Below are positions 18,549-27,600 of a stretch of 64,000 nt of DNA, in pieces. How positions within the stretch are numbered: position 1 is the first letter of the stretch; each line of letters starts with the position of its first letter. The stretch spans positions 416,001 to 480,000 of the forward strand of contig JAVZHQ010000001.1 of the NCBI GenBank assembly GCA_038998335.1, written 5' to 3'. The stretch is from Candidatus Aenigmatarchaeota archaeon (GTDB lineage: Archaea > Aenigmatarchaeota > Aenigmatarchaeia > CG10238-14 > SCSR01). A model generated the notes under the pieces. The model was not told where the DNA came from. It made no database searches and saw only the letters and a program-made list of their open reading frames with translations. A program made the translations under genes and the position numbers.

Positions 18549-18794
18549 TCACAAAGCATAGAGGGTAAACCAACTTAACAACCAAAATAAAATAAACGTA
18601 ACAAAGCTGTTATAAACTAAAACTCTTAATTTAACTTGTTTTTTGAAAAGAGGAAGCAAAACAAAGTAAACTATAAAAGGAAACGTTAAAGAAAAAATAA
18701 TGCTTCCGAAACTTTTAGAGAAATAATCTGAAATTACTCCACAAAAAATACCAGCTACTAAAAAAGCTATTGTGATTTTTTTAATCGGTTTCAT
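18549..18794 (-). CDS. Small 3-TM protein, EMC6-like archaeal family (tentative)
   Basis: Three TM helices ending FILFWLLSWFTLYAL; overlaps the rnhB stop. Confidence 0.55.
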   Translation of the reverse strand: MKPIKKITIAFLVAGIFCGVISDYFSKSFGSIIFSLTFPFIVYFVLLPLFKKQVKLRVLVYNSFVTFILFWLLSWFTLYAL

Positions 18795-19586
18795 CTTCTC
18801 CCTCTTTACAGTTTACTTTTTTGGAAAAGAAATCTTTTATTTTTTTCTGCCAAGATTTCTCGCCCAAAACTTCATCTTTTACCCATGGTTGTAACTTTTT
18901 TCCTTCTTCAAAGAGTTTTGTAGCTACGCTTTCCACAGTGTCCCAATGCCACCTTATAAAATTTGGTTTTTCTTTGTATTCTGTTAAAACTTTTTCTAAA
19001 AACTTTATAGTTCTGTAATCATGGCTATAGCCTACACCAAAATCAAAACCAACTTTTAACTTTAACTCTTCTATAGCTTTATCTCTTTCAACCTTAGCTA
19101 TTATCGAGGCAGCTGAAACTACAGGATATGTTTCATCTGCGTAATTTTCAACTATAAGCTTCAAATCTTTTCTCCTTAGATTTTCAGCAATTAATTTCTC
19201 AAACCTTTTGTTTTTAGAATGGTTAGTATTGCCTAAAGCATCTATGTAGATTACTTTAGCGTCTATCATATTTATTATTTCAGCCATCTTCATAGCTTCT
19301 ATTCTATCTAAATTTATTTTCTTCTTCATGTAACTGTTAATCCTACAGGCTGGAACTCTTAAAACTACCATGCTCTTTGCTATTTTTTCTATAATTTTAG
19401 CTAACTCTTCCCTTCTTTTTGGCGAGAGCTCTTTTGAATCTTTAACCCCTAAACTCTTCAACTTTTTTTCATCTTTCCTTTCTATTACCAAACCACAAAT
19501 TACCATTGGCCCTATAAGAGCTCCGCGGCCTGCTTGACGTTGCAAAAAGCAATTTCGTCTATGCCGCAGATTAGAATTTTCTTCAC
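18781..19586 (-). CDS. rnhB: Ribonuclease HII split by a 20-nt putative intron (exon 1 19586..19554, exon 2 19533..18781; 261 aa when joined)
   Basis: Exon 1 = MKKILICGIDE, exon 2 = AGRGALIGPMV...VKDSK...DA...VSAASIIAKVERD; joining restores GIDEAGRG. Confidence 0.9.
19534..19553 (-). other. Putative bulge-helix-bulge-type mRNA micro-intron in rnhB
   Basis: RNA: UCUGCGGC AUA GACG AA^A UUGC UUUUU GCAA CGUC AA^G CAG GCCGCGGA; 4-bp central helix with 3-nt bulges; canonical cuts remove exactly 20 nt. Confidence 0.8.
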
Positions 19587-19605
19587 CCCCTTTAAATTAA
19601 TTAAT

Positions 19606-19977
19606 TTATTTGTTTCTTTTAATAAACCAATGTTTGATTCCAATTTTTAAAATCATAAAATCTTCGAGCAAATCCCAAGCTTGATGTAAAACTAATGAAA
19701 GAAAAATTAATTTTAAAGGGAAACTAACTAAAATTGTTAAAAAAATGAAAAACAATAAAAATAAAAAGTTATGAAAGAGATATCTTCTTGGTTTGTTAAA
19801 TTTTATTATTTCATTAAAACCCTTTCTTAAAATTGTTGGCAAATGGTCAAAATCGATAATAATAGTTGAGAGAAAAACTAGAAAGGATAGAAACAAATCA
19901 AGCTTAAACAATGCTATTATCATGAACGCTAGAGAAAAATGAACGAACCAATGAAAAATTATATACCTGAAACTCAT
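19606..19977 (-). CDS. Membrane-bound metal-dependent hydrolase-like protein (YdjM-like)
   Basis: HWFVH, IDFDH, FHN and LHQAWD within TM segments. Confidence 0.7.
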   Translation of the reverse strand: MSFRYIIFHWFVHFSLAFMIIALFKLDLFLSFLVFLSTIIIDFDHLPTILRKGFNEIIKFNKPRRYLFHNFLFLLFFIFLTILVSFPLKLIFLSLVLHQAWDLLEDFMILKIGIKHWFIKRNK

Positions 19978-19979
19978 AA

Positions 19980-20447
19980 CTAAACCTTTAAAATAATTAG
20001 CAAGACGAAAATAATGCTTACCAAAAGACTTGGTATATGCGATCTTTTGTGAGTTTTAAGGTAAGAAGGATCTTCTAACAAATAACCAACTGGCAATGAA
20101 CCTTTTATTTTTTTCTTAATTAAGGGAGGTAATATATAAATTCCGTTTTTATCTAAAATGTCTAAAAATAAATGGGCAAACAAAGGAATGAAAATTAACT
20201 CTACAGGTAAAAAGAAAAGGAAAGGTATTGAAACGATTAAAAGGCCTAAAATGCTATGAAACCAGCTTCTTGGCCTGTAAGCTAGATGAAGCAGTGAAGG
20301 AATTTCTATAGGAAGCTTTTTTCTTTTATCATACAAGTAGCCGATAACATGATCTAAATCAAATATACAGCTAAAAAATAAAGGCCAGTAATTCTCGAAT
20401 TTTATACTCAAGTACAAACCGACTATAAAATGAGCAAGTATGTCCAT
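19980..20447 (-). CDS. Membrane-bound metal-dependent hydrolase-like protein (YdjM-like), tandem paralog
   Basis: AH, FDLDH, RSWFHS and AHLFLD; GGTGA site before ATG at 20447. Confidence 0.75.
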   Translation of the reverse strand: MDILAHFIVGLYLSIKFENYWPLFFSCIFDLDHVIGYLYDKRKKLPIEIPSLLHLAYRPRSWFHSILGLLIVSIPFLFFLPVELIFIPLFAHLFLDILDKNGIYILPPLIKKKIKGSLPVGYLLEDPSYLKTHKRSHIPSLLVSIIFVLLIILKV

Positions 20448-20506
20448 TTTCACCCTTAATTTCTTTATTTTAAAAGAAAAAAAACTTATTCCTTTAATAT
20501 TATTTT

Positions 20507-20968
20507 ATGCTAGAAGAAATAAAGACAAAAAATTTGGAAGAAGAGCTTAGATCTTTGGATTGGAGAAATTTTGAGAAAGTAGTACAAGAAATTTTTGAAG
20601 CTAATGGATTTAGAGTTAAAAGAAACTTTAGGTTCAAAACTAAAAAAAGGTATGAAATAGACATAATAGCAATAAAGGATAATTTTAATTTTTGTGTGGA
20701 TTGCAAACGCTTAGGAAAAGGTAGATATAAAAAAAGTGAAATTGTAAAAGCAATAAAGAAACAAGAAGAAAGAAGCAAAGAACTTAAAAAGTTTTTAAAG
20801 ACAAACCTTTTAGCAAAAGATTCTTTAAAAATAATATCTGAAAAGTTTTATCCTATGTTAGTTACTCTTTTTGAGGAAGAAATAGTAAAGGAAAACGAAA
20901 CTTTTGTTGTGCCAATTTGGAAGTTAAACTCTTTTTTAAACGAGGTAGAAAATTACATCTCGATCTAG
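20507..20968 (+). CDS. Mrr-like PD-(D/E)xK nuclease domain protein
   Basis: WRNFEKVV, EIDIIA and VDCK. Confidence 0.8.
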   Translation: MLEEIKTKNLEEELRSLDWRNFEKVVQEIFEANGFRVKRNFRFKTKKRYEIDIIAIKDNFNFCVDCKRLGKGRYKKSEIVKAIKKQEERSKELKKFLKTNLLAKDSLKIISEKFYPMLVTLFEEEIVKENETFVVPIWKLNSFLNEVENYISI

Positions 20969-21035
20969 AAATCAGCTTTATAAAGTCTTTTTTTTCTTTT
21001 CTTATAAACGTTTCGAAAAGTATATAAGGAAGTTA

Positions 21036-21060
21036 TTTAAATACTTTTACTCTTATATTT
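21036..21060 (+). promoter_or_regulatory. TATA-box-containing element upstream of tbp, shared with tfb
   Basis: TTTAAATACTTTT-act-CTTATATTT. Confidence 0.6.
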
Positions 21061-21078
21061 AAGAGTATAGGTGAGAAG

Positions 21079-21636
21079 ATGACTGATTTTAAAATAAGAA
21101 TAGAAAACATAGTTGCTTCTGCTTCACTTGGAGTGAATGTAACTTTGGAAAAAATTGTATCAAAACTAGAAGGAATGGAGTATGAACCTGAGCAGTTTCC
21201 TGGTTTAGTTTACAGGGTAAAAAATCCTAAGGCTGCTGCTTTAATTTTCGGTTCAGGGAAGATTGTTTGCACAGGAGCAAGAAGTGTAGAAGATGTGAAT
21301 ACAGTAATAAAAAAAGTAATAAAAGTAGTAGAGAGTACAGGAGTAAATGTTCCTAAAGGAGTTAAAGTTCAGATTGAAAACATAGTTGCTTCCGCAAAAC
21401 TTAATGCAAACTTAAATTTAGACATAATAGCTTTTAACCTAGAAAATTCTGAGTATGAACCTGAGCAGTTTCCTGGTTTAGTTTACAGGATGGACAACCC
21501 AAAAGTTGCTTTCCTTTTGTTTGGTTCAGGAAAGATTGTTTGCACAGGAGCAAGGAGCATACAAGATGTGAATACAGCAGTAAAAAAAGTGTCAAGAAAG
21601 TTGAAGGAAATTGGCGCACTAGTTAAAAGCAAGTAG
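21079..21636 (+). CDS. tbp: TATA-binding protein
   Basis: Two repeats of IENIVAS...YEPEQFPGLVYR...FGSGKIVCTGA. Confidence 0.98.
   Translation: MTDFKIRIENIVASASLGVNVTLEKIVSKLEGMEYEPEQFPGLVYRVKNPKAAALIFGSGKIVCTGARSVEDVNTVIKKVIKVVESTGVNVPKGVKVQIENIVASAKLNANLNLDIIAFNLENSEYEPEQFPGLVYRMDNPKVAFLLFGSGKIVCTGARSIQDVNTAVKKVSRKLKEIGALVKSK
21178..21489 (+). repeat. Perfect 39-bp direct repeat inside tbp (21178..21216 and 21451..21489)
   Basis: gagtatgaacctgagcagtttcctggtttagtttacagg occurs twice, 273 bp apart. Confidence 0.9.
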
Positions 21637-21696
21637 CTTTCCGAAACATTTCAAAAATTAGAAAAATTTAATAAACTTTGAAAACAATAAAAAAGC

Positions 21697-24600
21697 GTGG
21701 AAAAGGAAAACATAATAGAAAAGTTTGCTGAGTTTCTAAGGGAAGAGTATTATAATGATTTAGTGAACGCTGTAAATGAGGGAAAAAAATCAATCTATAT
21801 CGATTTTTCTCTTTTAGATAAATTTGACCCTGAGTTGGCAGATTATTTACTTGAAAATCCTGAAGAAGTTTTGGAGTTGGCTGAAGAAGCAATAAAACAA
21901 ATTGACTTGCCTGGAGAAGCAAAGTTAAGAGTAAGAATACTAAACCTTCCAGAGAGTAGAGAAATAAGAATAAGAAATATTCGTTCAGAGCATATAGGGA
22001 AACTAATCGCAGTAGATGGAATAGTAAAGAGAGCAAGTGAAATAAGACCAGAAGTTTCAGAAGTTATATTTTCTTGCCCAGAATGCGGAAGAGAAATAAC
22101 TGTTATCCAAACAGAAAGAACTATTAGAGCTCCTGTTGAATGTGAATGTGGGAATAGAAAAGGTTTCAGAATTTTAAAGCAAAAACTTTATGACGCTAGA
22201 TGGATTGTAATAGAAGAGCCTTTTGAAATAGTCTCAGGAGAAAGACCTTCAGAAATAATGGTTTTTCTCAAGGAAGATTTGACCTCTCCAAAAATGCAGA
22301 ATAAAACTGACCCAGGTAACAGGATTAAAATAGTAGGAATACTGAAAGAATTGCCAAAAAGAGTTAAAGGAACAAGGTCAAGACAAGTTGAAATATACAT
22401 AGAAGCAAATTCTGTTGAAAGTATAGAAGTTGAGTGGGAAGAACTTGAAATAACTCCAGAAGATGAGAAAAGAATCTTAGAGCTAGCAAAAGACCCAGAA
22501 ATTTATGATAAACTTGTTAGGTCGATAGGGCCAAGTTTATACGGACTAGAAGAAGTAAAAGAAGCAATAGTTTTGCAACTTTTTGGCGGAGAGCCTCATG
22601 TTCAAAAAGATAAGTCAAGGGTTAGAGGAGATATTCACATACTTTTAATCGGAGATCCTAGTTGCTTGGTTGGGGATGAAAGAGTAGTCTTGGGTAATGG
22701 TGCTATAGCCAAGATTTCTTCCCTGGGAAAAGAACATTTACAAAAAATTGATGTTCCAGTTTATTTAGCCGAAGGATATAAACGTGGTACTGCTAAAACA
22801 TTTCATAAGTATGAATTTCAACCTGTCATAGAAATTGTTACAGAGAGTGGTAAAAGTATTAAAGGAACTTTTAATCAGCCAGTTTTAGTGAAGAAAAAAC
22901 CCGGCAAATTTGGAAAATTTAAGAGCGAGTGGAAACGTTTAGATGAGATAAAAATTGGTGATGAAATAAGGGTTATCAACTGGATTCCATGTAGAATTTA
23001 TAAATATGTAGAAACTGGATGGAGTTTGAAAAGTTCAACCAAAAGGAAAAAAATTAAAGTACCTAAGATTCTGGACGAAAAGTTAGCAAGTGTACTTGGT
23101 TATTTGTTAGCAGACGGTTATGTACAAAAATACAGAGTAGGCTGTGCTTTCAATTATGAAGAATTAGACTTATTACCGAAAATGAAAAAGCTTTTTGAAG
23201 AAATTTTTGGTATAAAACCTAGGTTTGAATATCATAAAGAAAAAAATGGTACTAACGTAGAAATGGTTTTCAATTCTATCGAGCTTGCTGAAATTTTACA
23301 ATTTTTGAAAAATAAAAGGGTTCCCGATATGATACTATCATCAAAAAATAGTGTTGTTGCTGCTTTTCTTTCTTGGCTTTATGATGGTGACGGTTCTGTA
23401 ATTTCGGAAGGAAGAGGTAAAAATGGTATACTCTACAAAGCAAAAGATATAGAATTGCTACGTGACATTCAAATCTTATTGTTAAGATTTGGTATACATT
23501 CCCAAATATACGGAAATAATTTGATAATAAGACAAGCAAATTCTATAATAAAATTTGCCAATTCTATTGGTTTTAATTCCAAAAAAAAGAAAGAAAAACT
23601 ACAAAAACTTGTAGAAAATGTAGAAAAACTTAAAAGAAAAAGACATAATAAAAGATGGGAAAGAATAGTTAAAATTATTTACCATCCTCCAGAGAGTGTG
23701 TATGATATAGAAGTTCCTGTACATCATAAATTTGTGGCAAATGGTATAGTTTGTCATAACACAGCAAAAAGTGCTTTGATGAAGGTAGTTTCAAGTCTGA
23801 TTCCTCGCGGACGATATGTATCGGGAAAAGGAGTATCCATAGATTATGACGATCCTGTAATTTACAAAGAAAACGGATTAATCAAAACAGATATAATAGG
23901 TAGGTTTTGTGACAAGTTCTATAAGCAGGGTGAAGTAGGCTTTGTTAAAGTAAAAGGAATAGAAGTTCCTGTTTTTGATCCAACCACTTTTAAAATTTCG
24001 TGGAAACCTGTAACTTATATTTTTAGGCATCCAGCCGAAGAACCGTTACTTAAGTTAACACTCAGGACAGGTAGAGAGATAAGAGTAACACTAGGTCATT
24101 CAATTTATACTCTTGATAAGGGAGAAATCGTAACTAAGCGGGCTGATGAACTAAAGGTTGGAGATTTTATTCTTATACCTTCTCGAATTCCTCCTAACAA
24201 TAAAATAGTTAAAAAAATTATTGTTGCTGATTTAATTAAAAATCACCCTGAGATAAAGCTAAGAACTCTTAAAAAATTTCCAAAAGAGATAAAAGTTAAC
24301 GGCGAGCTTATGAGGCTGATTGGCTACTACATTGCTGAAGGTTCTTTGAATGAAAGTGGAGAACATTGGAAAGTGAGGTTTGATGTCGGAGAAAAAGATA
24401 ATGAAATTATTGAGGATATAAAACGTATTGTAAAGAAATTGTTCGGGCTTGAAGTGAAAGAATATAAAAAGAAAAATTCTAAGGGTAAAGCTCTAGAGAT
24501 TAACTCCAAGTTACTAGTGTTGATTTTTAAAGAAATCTTACAACTCGGAAAAAGTGCTAAGATGAAAAAAATCCCCCCAATAGTTTTTAACACATCAAGC

Positions 24601-27600
24601 AGGAATCAGCTCGAATTTATCAAAGCCTACCTCAAAGGAGATTATGGTGTTACAACCTCTAAAGAACTTACATCAGACTTACAATACTTATTTTTGCTTA
24701 ATGGGGTTATTTCATCGTTTTTGAAAAAAAGAATTAAAGGAAAGATAAAATTTCCGGACCATCTAAGTTTTGTTGACACAATTGTCTATGAAGTGAAAGC
24801 TCCAAAAGTGAGTAAACTGCTAAGGGGTATTTTTAGTATTTCCCGTATTCATGGTTATCCTCCCTTAAAGTGTTTTAGTTCAGAAAAAATTTTAAACCTA
24901 GCAAAGAGTGGTTATAAAAGGGTTTCGAAATCCGCGATGAAAATTCTATTTTCACCTTACAATCTCTTACTTTTCAGTAGGTTAGAAATGTTAAAAAAAG
25001 GTATAGATACAAAAAAATTATCAAGAATTTGTAAAATAAATAGAAAATCTGCTTTGCAGTATCTTAACTCTCTGGTGAAAAAAGGTATTGCGCTTAAAAT
25101 CGGTAAAAAAGGAGAAATAAAGTATTTTTTAACAGAAAAAGGAAAGCTTTTGCTTAAAGAAATTAAACTAATAAATTCTCTTCTCTTGTCAGATTTAGGA
25201 TTTGTAGAAATAAAAAAGATTGAGAGAGTTAAAGCGTCTAAAAGATTTGTATACGATTTGGGAGTTGAAAACTTTAATAATTTTATTGCTGGCTTCGGTG
25301 GGGTGATTTGTCATAACACTGCTGCCGGATTAACGGCAACTGTAGTAAGAGACGAAGAATTTCTGGGAGGATGGGTTTTAGAGGCTGGAGCTTTGGTTAT
25401 GTGCAATAGAAGTCTTTGCGCTATTGACGAATTCGAGAAAGTTGAGAAGAGCGATCAAATAGCTTTGCATGAAGCGATGGAACAGCAAAGCTATCATCCT
25501 TCTATGGAAATCCTTCTTGCAGACGGAAGAAAAGTAAAAATTGGAGAATTTGTAGATAAATTGTTTAACCTTTTAAAGAACAAAATTGTAAGGGGAATTA
25601 ACTGTGAGATTTTACCGCTTCACGAAATATATATCCCGATTCTTACAACTGATGGGCAAAAATTGTTTGTAACGAAAATTACTCAAGTGAGTAGACATAA
25701 ACCGCCAGAAAAGTTTATAAAAATAACTTACTCAAACGGCAGAGAAATAATAGTTACTCCAGAGCATCCTGTCTTTGTTTTTGAGGATTCGCTTACAACT
25801 AAACCTGCTACAAAAGTTAGGCCTGGAGATTTTGTACCAGGAGTCCGCCAGCTTCCCTTGATTACTTCATCTAAAAATCTAGAATTACCAAGCACATCTG
25901 GAAGAAAAAAAATTAATTTTCCAACAGAAATGTCAACAGATTTTGGGAAGTTTTTGGGGTATTTCATAAGTGAAGGTTACTCTTATTCAGGATCTTCTAA
26001 GGAAATAGGAATATCTAACACTTCCAAAAGTATAATTTCTGAAACACAAAACCTAACAAATACCCTATTTGGTATAAATGCATTAGATTATTCACAAATA
26101 AACAGAACCCAACGAATTATATCTTCATCTCTATTTGATTTTATGTTAAAAAATTTTCCTGAAATCATGCAAAAAGCAAGGAATAAGAGAATTCCTTCTA
26201 GCATCCTAACAGCAGAAAAAGAAATATTAAGAGAATTCCTGAAAGCTGCTTTTGAGGGAGACGGCTCTATTGAAAGTAATGCTATATGTTATAGAACTGC
26301 TTCTTCTAAACTAGCAGAAGATTATCAGGATGCACTTTTAAGGTTTGGTATTTTTTCAAGAATTGCATACGATAAGCATAATAACTCTTATAAAGTATAC
26401 ATAACAAGTGATAGTCTTGAAAATTTTGTAAGGATAATCTTAAGGAAAAAGTGCAAGAAGATCGAAAAATTAATAAAAACTTCTAAGAGAAAACTTAGAA
26501 AGCATGATGTTCTCCCTACTTCTGTAGGCCTAAAGATAAGAAATCTTATGAAGAAGGTAGGACTTGTCTACTCAGGCTATTTTAATCAGCATTTGAGATT
26601 TAATTTTGGAATAACTAGAGAGGTTTTCGATAAATACCTTAAACAGATTAGAGAGAAAATAGAAGAAAGCAAAAAAGCTGTAGAAGAAATCCAAGACTTT
26701 AAAGAACTTAGAAGGAAGTTAAATTACTCTCAAGAGTATGTAGCAAACCTTTTGAAAATAAAGAGAAGTAAGATAAACTATATAGAAAGGGGAGGGTACA
26801 CGAAAGAGATAAGAGAAAAATTGCTCAAGTTATTTAAAGAAAACGTAAAGAAAGAAATTAAGAAAGTTGAAGAAAGCTTAAACCAACTAGAAGATCTCAA
26901 AAAATTTAGATGGCTAAGAGTTAAAAAAGTGGATGTTTTAGAAAATAAAGGAAGCGTAAAAGCAGAATGGGTTTATGATGTAACCGTTAAGCCGACAAAA
27001 TGTTTTATAAGTAATGGGCTAGTTCTTCACAACACAATTTCAATAGCAAAAGCAAACATAGTAGCTACTCTTCCTGCAAGAACTAGCATACTAGCAGGAG
27101 GTAATCCAAAGCTTGGAAGGTTTGACCCTTACTTGCCGATAAAAGAGCAGATAGATGTTCCAGAAACTCTTTTAGCAAGGTTTGATTTAAAGTTTGCCTT
27201 AAGAGATGTGCCAAACCCTGAGCTAGACGCAAAAATCGCAGAACATATTCTTAAAGCAAGGCATTATGAAGAAGAAGAGATTAAACCAGAAATAGAACCT
27301 GATTTTATAAGAAAGTACGTAGCTTATGCTAGGAAGAACTGCCATCCGAAACTTACAAGAGAAGCTGGGGAAACGATAAAAGAATTTTTTGTTAAATTAA
27401 GAGAAAAGGTTGGAGGAGAAGAGGCTCCAATACCTATAACTTTAAGGCAATATGAGGCTCTTATAAGACTTGCTGAAGCTTCAGCTAAAGTTCAGCTTAG
27501 AAATGAGGTTACGAAAGAAGATGCTATAAGGGCAATAAATTTAATGAAAGCCTCTTTGAGACAGTTTGGTTTTGACCCAGAAATAGGAAAAATTGACATA

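Noticed and set aside
19534-19545. Track's rnhB start at 19545 (MQRQAGRG) as the true start
   Set aside because: It would omit the catalytic Asp and Glu; the true N-terminus is encoded upstream in another frame.
18781-19586. rnhB as a simple frameshifted pseudogene
   Set aside because: The insertion is not a tandem duplication or homopolymer slip, its ends match BHB cut sites exactly, and the rest of the gene is intact. Disfavoured but not excluded without RNA data.
21637-21696. Replication origin next to mcm
   Set aside because: The gap is only 60 bp, with no ORB-like repeats or G-string and no cdc6/orc1 in the window.
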